64,000 nucleotides of DNA from Chrysomallon squamiferum (GCA_012295275.1 CM022678.1:15934001-15998000); one strand, 5' to 3'. Shown: positions 28,290 through 40,464, counted from the stretch's first letter. Program-made: numbers and translations. Notes: generated by a model from the letters alone, not told the origin.

Positions 28290-28617
28290 GTAGGTTATTT
28301 CAGCAAACAGAGTTTTGTTTTCAAAGTTAATGGTATCCCCTTTCTGAAAACTTCGATTTACCTGTAATTATGTACACATAATTAAATAATTCTTTTTGGA
28401 TTCAATATGAAAGGCAAAAATAGAATTAGTTATAGTTACAGCCATGTCATTTAATAAATAAGATAGGATATTATAAATTAAAATATCAATTTGTGAAGAT
28501 AATTTTAAGAAATTAAATTAGCAGTTATATAGTTATTACATATTTCTCTTTTATGTGCTAATACAGAATTGTTTTTATTTTTATTTATTTTTTTTGTTTT
28601 TGATTTATTTCATTATA

Positions 28618-29365
28618 CAGTGGACTCTTGTTAAAAACTATTATAATCGAGATGTCTGTGCACAGTTCCATTTTAGTGACTGTCCAACTATTAAGAATAA
28701 AATGCTAAATAATTCTGATGCTCTCTTCTTGCAAATTTCTATATTAGATAGCTTTGTCAACACCTGCACACAATTTTGCATCTACAGGAACTTTTACATG
28801 ATAAAGGCAATATGCACATGATTAGGCTACCATCTGAGATCTAATAATCACTCTTATTTAAAGCTTAATAAACAATGATCTCACACTTCTTATAATTACT
28901 ATATGAAGCTAGATGAACTAGATGATTATTATTGATAACTAACTGAATTTACTCATTTAAATTTATTGTCAACCATAACATAATGAATGGCACAAAATTT
29001 CTGTTGTCTTATTATATTCATAAAAACGGCAACATATCTATCTGTCACTGCAGATTAAAGGAACATTAACAGAAGAGTTTGCATCTCAGCTACAGTGTAA
29101 ATACAAGTATATAGCTATACAGTGTAAGACAGGAAGAAAAGACTGCATCTGACATTCTAAAATATAGAGCCCATTACCAACACTTTGGCAGAGAGAAAAC
29201 ATGAAAAGTAAAGCCAACTGACACTCAAAAGACATTTAACTGTGACAATAATAAACTGTGAACTCGTATTCCAATTTCATGTCATGTTAATCTTTCAATA
29301 CTGGTACTTTCTAAACTGACATAATGTCATTTGTCCCCCATAAATCTGGTTTATACAGTCCACTG
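28618..29365. mobile_element. Old Tc1/mariner-pogo-type MITE (degenerate)
   Basis: TA|CAGTGGACTCT ... ACAGTCCACTG|CA inverted termini (9-bp exact core); right TSD mutated; no ORF. Confidence 0.4.
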
Positions 29366-29496
29366 CATTTGTTATTATATTTCGAGTTTTTTCATTTTAT
29401 AACAAAGTTATTAATATTAATATATAGTATTTGATCTATATCTGTTATTGTTTTATATTATAAAATACTTATTAAATATTACTTACATGTTAGTTA

Positions 29497-31969
29497 CCGT
29501 ATATACTTGTGTATAAGTCAAATTTTGGGGAGACTATATTAAGGTAATGTTTTGGGGGTCGACTTATAAATAGGTAATGCTTTTGTAGCTGTTGCTGAAG
29601 AGTCGCCATTTTGACTATTTTTTGCTACGGGGTGCATCTAAAATAATCGCAGTCTTTCAGCTTTTCAAAAATATAATTTTATCATATAAAAATTTTTGAA
29701 AAATTAAATAACAAAACCAAATATGAATGTAAAACATGATATTCTTCCGTTTAATGACATAAAAATACATTTTAAAGCGAGAAAACCGTCAGTACGGCGT
29801 CTTGATATGATCTAGGAATGCAGACTTCTCTGCCAAATTGCACTAAATATCGGTCCTAATTTCATAAACAAAACTCACTTGTGTAATTGTAAAGAATTTG
29901 GTGAAATAATATTGCAATCGTCATTAATATCAACTACCGACAAATCGAAAACAAACTATATTTCTATAAACGTTCTGCAACAAAAATCATTTCGGTAATC
30001 ATATTTGTTATATCCGGTAATTATGCCAAAACAATGCTTGGAATAGGACAAACATTCTTAGCAGATTCCAAAACAAAAAACATTGCTGAGGTTCAAATTA
30101 TCTATAATTTGAATTGTACGTTCAAAAATTTATTAATAAATAATCAAAGCAACACATCTTTTGAATTTATCTACAAAATTTAATTAAATAAAAAAAGTTC
30201 TGGAAATTCCACTCTTTAAATATACCTTGATCTATACATCCCATAATTATGAAACATTGCAACAATACAAACATTTTAATTCCAAAACATCCAACATTTC
30301 CCGGGTAATACTATAATCTCCTGTGGGACTATTTTATTCAAAGCCTTCAAAGTCAGCCATCACTATTGCCCCAAAACGTTCATTCCACTCTTCAATACCA
30401 CCAGTGTTAATTGCATCATCATAAAGATCATTGTCACTGTCAAGTGAGTCATCATTCCCAGAATCCTCTCCTGTGGGACTATTTTCAGGACGGAATCAGC
30501 AAGGGCATTGGGTTCGCGCCATAAATAGTCATCCTCCGTCCCATCTAGTGCATTTGAAATTCCACACTTCAGAAAGGCCTTACATTGCCCCCTTTTGTGA
30601 ATGTCTTGTCCCCATTTAGCATCCACTGATTCGAAAAATGCCGAACAGTGTCTTTAAACGGCTTATTTATTGAGACATCCAAAGGTTGTGAAATGCTTGT
30701 CAGGCCTCCAGGGATGACTGCCAAATCCGTATTTTCTCGTCTTACAGCTTCTTTTACAGAATCTACCAGGTGTGCTTTGAACATGTCCCATACTAACAAA
30801 GACTTTTCTTTTCGTAATCCACCTGATTGCTCCACACTTGGTTAACCTAGAGCTTGCATCCGGCCTTATCCAACCACCCTTTTGGATGTACGTGTATCAA
30901 TACGCCCTTTGGAAATTTTTCTTTTGGCATAGTTTTGCGCTTGAAAACTACCATAGATTTTAACTTTGTTCTGTCTGCCATACAGCCTAAAATAATGGTG
31001 AATTTTGACTTTTCATGGCCTGTTGTTTTCACAAGCAAGTTTTTTCTCCGATCTTGTTAACAGTTCTATTCGATGGCATGTCAAACGTCATTGGCGTTTC
31101 ATCCATGTTGCCAATACATGCCAAAGCATACTTGTTTTTCTCTCTATGACAGATAACAAATCTGTGAAAATTTATTATTTTATCATCAAGCTCTCTGGGT
31201 AAGCGCTGGGCGATTTTGGTTTTTTGTCTTAAGACTAAATGATGCCTTTTCATGAACAGCGTGCACCAACCAGGTCTGGCTTTAAAATCTGTAATTCCTG
31301 CCTTCTTAGTTAACTTAAGTGCTTGTAAATGGATAGCACCCCTTGTAACTATACAGTCATCTTGTCTACTTGCTTGAACCGACTCAAAACATGTCTTTTC
31401 TATTTCCGGATGTTTTGACCTTTTGCCTCTGTCAGCACACTTCACTTTTGGCATTTCAAGTAATTTAGTACTCATTTTTGTCCCGTCCCTAACAAGTTTT
31501 TCACTGACTCCATACTTCCGTCCAGCAGCAGAATTGTTAGAATTTTCAGCAAATCTAATTACTGCAAGGTTAAATTGTGCAGTATATTTATTTCGTTTGC
31601 CTGGTATCATATACAATATTTTAGGGCTATGGCCATAAAATTTTGTAAATCATAGAATGGCTAAATATAACGGAAGTTAGGTCTCCATGTTAGACCTATT
31701 ACATTAAAGAGATACTATTTATGATATATTTAGGCTATAGCTCGTGTAATAGATGCATTTACGTTATTATGGTATGTTCGTGCAAGTTATGTTACAGTAG
31801 GCGTACAATGTAGGCCTTCATGGCATTGTCACATTGGTCTAAAAATAGTGATGGTGCCTGGAATCTACAGTCGACTTATACACAAGTAATACCTAAAATG
31901 ACGCAATTTTTGGTTTTAAAATACACATCGACTTATACATAAGGTCGCCTTGTACACAAGTATATACGG
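29497..31969 (-). mobile_element. pogo-superfamily DNA transposon (POGK/Passer-like, DD35D), full length but decayed, in ZMYND8 intron
   Basis: TIRs CCGTATATACTTGTGTATAAG / CTTGTACACAAGTATATACGG; TA TSD at 29495 and 31970; subterminal TCGACTTATA repeats (about 29559, 31871, 31928); 2473 bp. Confidence 0.95.
30363..31616 (-). pseudogene. Disrupted pogo transposase (Brinker-like DBD + CENP-B HTH + DDE_1)
   Basis: RNKYTAQFNLAVIRFAE...AAGRKYGVSEKLVR; FKARPGWCTLFMKRH; GNMDETP, LLVWDMFKAH, QPLDVSINKPFK with 35 aa between the last two Asp; split across four ORF pieces by frameshifts/stops near 31030, 30847 and 30600. Confidence 0.92.
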
Positions 31970-32152
31970 TATTTGTTATATTATTAACAGTTACTAATAA
32001 TAAAATGCAGGCTGTCATATATATGTACAGTTATTATGTGTTTGTTACAGTAATTAGTTACTACTAATAAGTTAAATATATTTGTTACTGTACAGTTATT
32101 ATGTGTTTGTTACAGTCACTAGTTACTAATAATAAGTTATGTACTAATACAG

Positions 32153-32230
32153 GTGAGTGAGATTGAGGTGTGTCCAGACTGCTATCTGAATTCCTGCAAG
32201 AGAGAGGAACACTGGTTTTGTCAGCCTTGT
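32153..32230 (+). CDS. ZMYND8: ZMYND8-like bromo-PWWP zinc-linker exon
   Basis: VSEIEVCPDCYLNSCKREEHWFCQPC; 78 nt. Confidence 0.96.
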
Positions 32231-32640
32231 GTAAGTTTTTGTTTCTTCTATAAGTTATTGACTTTTGTAAGTTACTTTATGTAAGTTTTCTGTAAGTTAT
32301 TTTCTGTAAATTCTTTACTGTTGTGTATGCTACTGAGTTCTGTGCAAGTTATTGACTTTTGTAAGTTATTTTATCTAAATTATTTAGTTTTGAGTAAGTT
32401 AATTACTTTTTGTAAGTGATTTACTTTGTGGAAGTTATTTTATGTAAGTTATCGACGTTTATGTAAGTTATTGACTTTTATGTAAATTATTGACTTTATG
32501 GAAGTTATTGACTTTTATGTAAATTATTGACTTTATGTAAATTATTGACTTTTATGTAAGTTATTGACTTTTATGTAAATTATTGACTTTTATGTAAGTT
32601 AGTGACTTTCATGTAAGTTATTTACTTTTGTCTAAGTTGT
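32231..32640 (+). repeat. 18-19-bp minisatellite (GTAAGTTATTGACTTTTAT)n starting at the splice donor
   Basis: About 20 degenerate units, about 12 with exact GTAAGT. Confidence 0.85.
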
Positions 32641-33024
32641 TTAATTCTGTTACAGTGGGATTTGTTATAAATATATATTAACTACTGAGCCTGCAGCATA
32701 CCAAGTAACAAGCCCTATTTCTTATTTTTTGCCCAGAGACTTATATTATTTGTAAATTAAATGATAACTAAATAATATGTTTTTGATACCAAAATTGCAA
32801 AGTTGCAAATGATTCATAAAATATGTTGTAGAAATCAAGGTAGGAACTGTATGTTATGATGGGAAAAGTAGATGATATTGTATAAACATTCAGAAATTCA
32901 GTTATAACTCTACGACTATTAATGAGATGGCTATATGTACAAGAGAAAGAAAGAGCAATATATACATAATTTTTGTTAATATTAATGACTCTGAATGTTA
33001 ATTTATTATGTTTTTATTTTACAG

Positions 33025-33084
33025 AGGACTCCACACACTCTAGTTTGGGCTAAGCTAAAAGGTTATCCATTCTGGCCAGCCAAG
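33025..33084 (+). CDS. ZMYND8: ZMYND8-like PWWP exon 1
   Basis: RTPHTLVWAKLKGYPFWPAK. Confidence 0.97.
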
Positions 33085-33499
33085 GTAATTTTGTTTATAA
33101 TTTATTACCCAGTGGGAAGATGCATGTAAAGAATATGTATTACATTTAGAGCTGCTCATGTGCTGATGGTTAGCACTGAGTTTGATAAATAAAACAAAAA
33201 CCACAAATGTTTCTTAAGAATACTAAGTAATTACTTATTATTTCTTTCATTTATTCATAATTTAATAGGTTGAAAATCAGCTTTAGAATTTGTAAAATGT
33301 CAGATCTGTTCTCCAGAGAATATCTAGTTATCTGTATTTCCAGTGCAGTCTGTGTTCTATAACTTGTATATCAGTTACAGTAGTATTTACTTTTTTATCC
33401 TCTATTTTTAAAAAGATTTCATATAAATAAAAAAAAGAATGTGTTGATATAACTATTTTCATCTGCTGTTTTGACTGGTGTAATAACTTACTGTTTTAG

Positions 33500-33678
33500 G
33501 TGTTGCGTGAGGAAGGTGGTCAGCTAGATGTTAGATTCTTTGGGGCACATGACAGGTCCTGGGTGTCCAAGTCGCAGGTGTTTTTGTTGTCGGAGCAACC
33601 ACCAACCACCATGCAGAAACGCAGCTCTGGCATGGACTCCGCCATGGAGGAGACGAGAATTCACGTAGAAAATATCAG
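33500..33678 (+). CDS. ZMYND8: ZMYND8-like PWWP exon 2
   Basis: VLREEGGQLDVRFFGAHDRSWV...DSAMEETRIHVENIR; ends phase 2. Confidence 0.96.
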
Positions 33679-34043
33679 GTAGTTGAATTGTTATAGGACT
33701 TTTCATCATCACTTCTAGAGTGACCGACCTCTTCATGTGAGTTTGGTCTGTTTTATGACTTCACTGTCTGTTCTATGACTACATCAGTGTCGGTGATCTG
33801 TTGAGAGTTGCTCTCTATCTCCATTACAAGAGTAGACTCAACTCAAAGCCACTGTCCTGCTTTAGTTACATACCTATAATAGATTCACCAAAAAAAAAAG
33901 AAAAACATAATGCTTTACTATATTATATTTAGTTACGTACCTACATTAGATTAACCAACTAAAAAAAAGTAACGTCTTGACAAAATGGTCTTTTGCTGAT
34001 AACCAGAGATTAAAATACATGTGAGCATACCAGCTAAAATATT

Positions 34044-34338
34044 CCTTTAAAATAGTTTGGATGATTATTATGTTATTTAATTGCACATTTTAATAATAAT
34101 ATAGTTTATTATATTGATAAATTACAGAAATACAGTAATTTTAACACAAATTGATTTTAATTTCAGAAACAAATTTGGTTCCTTTGAATACCTTTAAAAT
34201 AGTTTGGATGATTATTATGTTATTTAATTGTACATTTTAATAATAATATAATTTATTACAGCAATAAATTACACAAATATAATAATTTTAACACAAATTC
34301 AACTTAATTTCAGAAACAAATTTGGTTCCTTTGAATAC
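34044..34338 (+). repeat. 147-bp tandem duplication spanning the acceptor of the large exon
   Basis: Units start at 34044 and 34191; both end in tttcag|aaacaaatttggttcctttgaatac. Confidence 0.9.
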
Positions 34339-36191
34339 GCGAAACACCGAACACCCTATGATAGCGGACATATCTACACTCCAATGAGAATGAGGGTCAA
34401 GAAGAAAATGAAGAGTCCGAAGAAGAAATTTCACTTGTTGCAGAAGAATCTGCTGTCAGCCAGTGACAGCAAGCCAGTTGACAAAGCTTCAGTAGTTTCC
34501 AAAACAGCTTCAGCATTAAAGAGCAAGTACAGCAGTATCATCACTACTCGCAGAGCTTCTGGAAGCAAAGTGAAGTCTCTGCCTGCAGGAGTCTTCAAAG
34601 TGAGCAGGAAAGACGGTTCAGATTCCGATCTGAATATGTTTAATGCATCCAATGACCAGGAGCTGACTGTTCCAAAACTGAGACTTCCAGATAAAGATGT
34701 TATTAGAAAACTGGAAGAAAAAATTGGCCAGATGAATGAAGAGTCTGAAGAAGAAGGTTGTTCAAAACCTATTGTCAGGGTAACGGTTTCTGATGAAACA
34801 GTGACAGTGTCTACAAAAACGAACAGTTTGTGCAGTATGGAGACAGATGAGGAAGGCAGAGAGGATGTAAAGCGTGAACATGATGAGAATGGTAAAGAAG
34901 ATGTTTCAGTAGAGTCTGCAGGAAAGATTATTAAGGACAGGGTCCTGGACACAACAGACTCTGAAAGTTCCACTCCTTCCAAATCCGAGTATCTGAGCAG
35001 TTTGAAAAAGACTATACACAGCTGTATAGAACAGCTCGGCATCAGCGAGGACAAGCTGCAAGCATCACCAGTGTGTTCTCAGAGTGAAGAAGAAGAAGAA
35101 GAAGAAGACGACGATGATGATGATGATGAAGAAGAAGCAACTGACGATGAGGAGAGTGTTAAAGAAGAGGAAGAAGAATCACAAAAGGATAAACTGGAGT
35201 TGAAAGTCAAATTGATTAAAAAACAGAAATTACCTGATGACTCTACAGCACCAACAGATAAAATGTTGTGTGCATCCAGCAAAGAGGAAAATGAAAATTC
35301 TGATCCTATAGAAGAGGCTAGTAAGGTTTTAGAAAAATATAATGATGTTACCAGTATTGACAATGCTGGAAGTTCAGAATGTGGTGACACAGACTTGGAA
35401 AAAATTACTGCAAATAGAACATTGTCTGAAAAAGGTTTAGAAACTAAAAAATTGACTAGGAAAGATTCAGAGGATGAGATTACCTTTAAGAGAAAAATGC
35501 CTGATCAAGATGATGAAGATGCAAGTTCTAAAGATCGACTGAAAAGTGATAGTGAAAATAGTGATAATATCAAAGTGACAAGAGAAAATTTTAAACATGT
35601 TCTTGACAAAACATTTTCAAAGACAAAATCTGAGAAACTTCCAGAAAGCACAAAGTCCAGTAACATTTCAGAGACCACAAAAATCATCAGAGTTTCTGAC
35701 GAAGCAACTAAGACAGATAAAGATTCTGAACAAACCACAAAGACTATGGAAGTTTCTGAAGAAGCACCAAAGTCTGATAAAATTTCAGAACAGGCTGAAA
35801 AGACTGTGAATGTTTCAGAGGAGGCCAAAGAAAGTGAAAATGATTCAGAGGAGACCCCAAAGATTGTGAAACGTTCTTCAAATGGTAAGAAGGCAACTCA
35901 CACTAAATACAACGTGATGAAGCTGGACAGTGACTTTGAGCCTACCCTTGTAATGGAGATAGATTCAGGGGACGACAGCGACTCCCAGCTAATCATAGAC
36001 ATTGATGATGAATCCAAGAACAATTCAAAAATGTCTGATTCTCAGAAAAGTGATGTCATAGCAACCACTGATAAAATATTGTCTCCATCTCCAAAAGACG
36101 TTTTCTCATCCCAGAAAGTTGTTAGGTGTTTTCCTAAAACAAGTCAATCAACCCCCAGTTCAGCAGGCAGGAAAACAGTTTTGTCTACAAT
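34314..36191 (+). CDS. ZMYND8: ZMYND8-like large exon: PWWP tail + acidic/Ser-Lys-rich disordered linker
   Basis: RNKFGSFEYAKHRTPY continues into the 603-aa ORF 34384-36195; donor aat|gtgagt; 1878 nt, phase 2->2. Confidence 0.93.
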
Positions 36192-36315
36192 GTGAGTATC
36201 ATTTCTTTTCTTTTTCTTTGTTTCACTGTATGAAGAAAATATCATATTTGGTGGATAGATGATAAAATATATTATTTTCTTTACTGTATAGATAAAACTG
36301 ATTAATAAGATTGTA

Positions 36316-36346
<31 letters not shown>

Positions 36347-37223
36347 CCCTTTATCCTTTTGAATAGATGTTAAACAGAAGTATTGAAGTATTTCATTTTA
36401 TTTGATCACTGCTATGAAAATAAATGCAGTCTTGAATATGCTATATTTAGACCATGCAAGCTCCATAACTAAGACAGAAATGACATCTTGTTTTCATAAA
36501 ACCTTTTTTCTAAATCCATAAAGAGGAAAATTTTAACCATAGTTACAGAACCTTCAAACCCATGTATGATGTTAGTGGAGATCAAATTAATGGATGGGTA
36601 AGAACAAAATCAATAAAATATCTATACAGCTGATCATTTAGTTTATAAAATATAAATGATAAAATGATCTATTGGCATGTGGATCAGAAAACAAATGCAT
36701 ACATCATATCCCAGTTTTCTTATACTGGTTGTTTTAACTGCTGTTGCTCAAACTAAATACAACTCTTATTAGGAAATAAGATTATTGAATGCTTAGAGAT
36801 CAGCTGCTGTGTATTGTTAAATTGTACAACATATCAGTTTTTATTTTAGTTTTAAAATGACTGAAGTCCAAATAGTTGATAAAGAAATAGTAGTAATAAC
36901 TTGAACAAGCATAAAAACAAAAAATAGCTAGTCATAATAAATTATTATATCAGTTTAGAATTAAGTATCATAACAAAAATATTTTGTAAGATGAATAAGG
37001 AATAATGTTAAAGTAGCATAAATGTTTTATTGTATAATTGGTTAAATTTATTAATATATCATTATTATTATAATGACCGTGATCATTAATTATTTATCTT
37101 TATTGATATTGCTACTATTAATTTTTATTTATTTATTTATTTATTTATTTAATTATTATTATTATTATTTTTTATATTGCTGTTTTTGATCTAGAACTTT
37201 TTTATTCCAAATTTTCATTTCAG

Positions 37224-37347
37224 GTTGAAAGAGGTGGGTAAATTAACAAGCATTACCAGCCCATCATCATCATCATCATCATCATCATCCAAACCATCCA
37301 GTTCTGACACAGTACCCACCTCTGTAATAGAAACCTACACAAACAAG
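37224..37347 (+). CDS. ZMYND8: ZMYND8-like exon (poly-Ser)
   Basis: LKEVGKLTSITSPSSSSSSSSSKPSSSDTVPTSVIETYTNK; phase 2->0. Confidence 0.85.
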
Positions 37348-37578
37348 GTGAGAAAACCTTTTTAAATTATTAGTATTAGTAAATATTAATATCGATACGA
37401 ATGCATGCATATGCATGTGCAAACACAACACAAACAAATATATAAAACATACATAAAATACATACATGAAAAACATATACAGACATTTGCACATTTATAT
37501 AGTTATTTATATCTTTTTATTTTCATTGTTTATTTCATAAATGTGTGTGTAGGTATGTCTGTGTGAGTATATATATGA

Positions 37579-37618
<40 letters not shown>

Positions 37619-37720
37619 ATGATTAATCTATGATCCAGAAATCTGTCTCACGTATAGTAGCAAGCTTGATTATCAACGTTTTCCTTGCATAATTCATTAT
37701 CTTGTTTTTAATTTTTGCAG

Positions 37721-37789
37721 CTTGTTTCATCTTTAAAAAGACCTCTGGAGGAGTTTGTCAGTGACATATGGCAACACGCTCAAAGTGAG
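37721..37789 (+). CDS. ZMYND8: ZMYND8-like pre-coiled-coil exon
   Basis: LVSSLKRPLEEFVSDIWQHAQSE; ttttgcag/gtgagt; 69 nt. Confidence 0.85.
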
Positions 37790-38022
37790 GTGAGTGCATT
37801 CAAATATTATACATCATTAGGTTAAGAAAAGTCATATAATCAAATATTTTCAACAGCTAAAGATACTAAATGTTTACATGAAAATGGAGAATGCTTGAAA
37901 GAAACTAAGACTTTATGTAAAAAGAAGAATCTTTGAAAGAAATTAAGTATTTATCAGCTTTATGTAAAACAAAGAATATTTGTTGAGAGATATTTACTTT
38001 TAGAGTTGAAATTTTATTGTAG

Positions 38023-38107
38023 GTCAAAGGTCATGCCAGTTCAGATGAGATAAATGAGTTGAGATATATACATTCACAAGAAATAATGGAGCTGAAACAT
38101 AACTTCA
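38023..38107 (+). CDS. ZMYND8: ZMYND8-like coiled-coil exon
   Basis: VKGHASSDEINELRYIHSQEIMELKHNF (cf. H.QE..EMKHN); phase 0->1. Confidence 0.92.
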
Positions 38108-38680
38108 GTAAGTTTTATTTTCTGTCAAGTGCACTTACATATTTTAAAACAAACTCTTTACATTGATAGCTAGATCAAATACTAATTATTTTAGTATTTA
38201 TGTGAAATAAAAAAAAAAACCTGTACATTTTATGTCTATATTTGTTTTTTCTGTGTTAAATTAATCTGTTCATAGACAAAACACATGACAGATTATAAAT
38301 ATATTTACTGTAAACCTGTGTTTTCAGTTCTAATAATAAAAATGAGCTCACTTGAACATTATCTGTTATCCCTGATGTAAAATATGTTTATTGTAAAATG
38401 AAGTAAGTGCTAATAAATATTATTGTCAAGTATGATAAGTGTATTAAATAATAAAACATGATACTTTATATTAAATATGTTTACTACGAAAAGTGATGAG
38501 TTTATAAAATATATTTACTTTCAAACATAATGTGTGAAATTTGATAATTATTTCAAATGGTTTTTTCTATCACTAATTTACTACAAAAATGTGATGAATA
38601 TCATCTGTTGAATGTTTTTTCATAAATGTGTATGTATATATATATATATATAAATATAATATAAATATATGTTTGTTCAG

Positions 38681-38805
38681 AGCTGACAGTGGCTGAGATG
38701 AAAGCTGCATGGGAAGCTGAGAAAAACAAGCTGTTCCGAGAACTCAAGCGTATTTTTGACCAAGAGAAAGAGGCCTGTGTAGCTGCTGCAAAGAAAAAAC
38801 AATGG
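38681..38805 (+). CDS. ZMYND8: ZMYND8-like coiled-coil exon ending KKKQW
   Basis: KLTVAEMKAAWEAEKNKLFRELKRIFDQEKEACVAAAKKKQW; phase 1->0. Confidence 0.96.
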
Positions 38806-39236
38806 GTTGGTGACTTCACTTTTATCTAACAATATCTTTTGTTACAGGAGTTAAAAAAACTTAGAATAGAGACAAATTTGAAGTTTCTTGCAATTCATTT
38901 GTCTTGATCTACCAAATTGTAAATTTCAAACAAGTAATGTGTAGAAATGTTTTTTAGTCTTAGAGTGAAATCAAATGAAAAGGGTTTAAAATGTATAATA
39001 ATAATTGTAATAATAATAATAATAACAATAACAATAATGATGAAGATAATATCAGTAATAACAAACTGTAAAATAATAATAGCAATAATGACAGTAACAA
39101 TAATGTTGATATTAATAGTAATAACAACAAAATATAAAATAATAATAACAAAAACAACAATAACATCAACAACATACAACATCATCCCGAACAACATCTA
39201 CAACAACAACAATAAAAAGTATTTGTTCTCTTGCAG

Positions 39237-39485
39237 TGTGCCAACTGTTCTAAAGAGGCTATCTATTACTGCTGCTGGAATACCAGTTACTGTGACTATG
39301 CCTGTCAGCAGGCCCACTGGCCCGAACATTTACCCAACTGTATGCAGGCCATACAAGAGAATGAAAAATCAAAATCTGAAACTGCTACATCAACAGCATC
39401 ATCCAGTACTGACAGCTCTGTGATAGTGAAAACCTCATCATCACAAAACCAGAACAGCTGGGCTGAGAAAGAAGAGGCCATGCAA
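39237..39485 (+). CDS. ZMYND8: ZMYND8-like MYND zinc finger exon
   Basis: [35 protein letters not shown]...EEAMQ|gtgagt. Confidence 0.97.
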
Positions 39486-40401
39486 GTGAGTTTCTTTGTA
39501 TTTTTTAGTTCTTCTTTTAGTATTTAAGATTTATTCTAATTATTTTATACAATTTTTTTTTTTTTTTTTTTTTTTTGTATTATTTTATATTTACAATTGT
39601 GATTATTTTATTCAGTAGCTGGGTTTTTTTACATTTTGTTTGTTTGTTTTATTTTTTTAGTATTTATAATTATCATAATTATTTTATTCAACACTTTTTT
39701 TTTTTTTTTTTGTTTATATTTTTCTTTTATATTAAACATTTATTGTAATTAATTTATTAAGTATTTGTTTTGTTTGTTTGTTTATATTTTTTAATATTTA
39801 AATTTATTTTTATCATTTTATTTTATTTACTTTTTATTACATAATTTTATATATATATATATTGATTGAATTATATTTTGGTTTATTATGTGTTTAATAG
39901 TTTTATTTAATTTATAAAAAATATTATTACATTTAATCTTATTAAATTATGTTTATTTATTAATATTTTTTTAATGTAAATAAACAGAGGTTTTTATGTC
40001 ATGTCTTCCCCATTTAACTTTCATGCAATAAGACTTTGTTCTTTTTGAAGTTGAATAGATATTCTGAATCATTACTTCCCAACTATTTTAAGGTCATCAG
40101 TTCTGACATTACTACTTTCATCTATATTGTCCCCTTTTCTAGACATTCCAAAAACTGGGAAAGAAAAGAAAAAGAAAAAAGGAATTTACAGTCTCTAATA
40201 TGTGACAGATAGAAGAAATGGCTAATTAATTTAGAAAGCCTTTTACCCACTTTGAGAATCACTATGCTAGATAGCATCAGCCACTTCTGACCTATAGACC
40301 TTTGACATACTGAAATTCTGACCTTCTAAATAAAAATGTTTTAAAGAATCTTTTGGCATTTTAATATATTTAAATTATAATTTTCATATATCAATTAACA
40401 G

Positions 40402-40464
40402 GCTCAGAAAACATTCAACTTGACACCTCCAGCCAGTGTCCCAACACTACAAAACAGCTCTCAG
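40402..40464 (+). CDS. ZMYND8: ZMYND8-like C-terminal exon
   Basis: AQKTFNLTPPASVPTLQNSSQ; aacag/gttagt; 63 nt. Confidence 0.75.

Noticed and set aside
34431-35828. Minus-strand Ser/Leu/Phe-rich ORFs (207, 103, 107 aa)
   Set aside because: Antisense shadows of the Glu/Lys/Asp-rich ZMYND8 exon; the same applies to plus-strand ORFs opposite the IQ gene and the transposase.
38895-39230. Hydrophobic Ile/Val/Leu-rich ORFs that look like membrane proteins
   Set aside because: Translations of an intronic (AAT/AAC)n low-complexity tract; many other short ORFs in the track are likewise microsatellite-derived.
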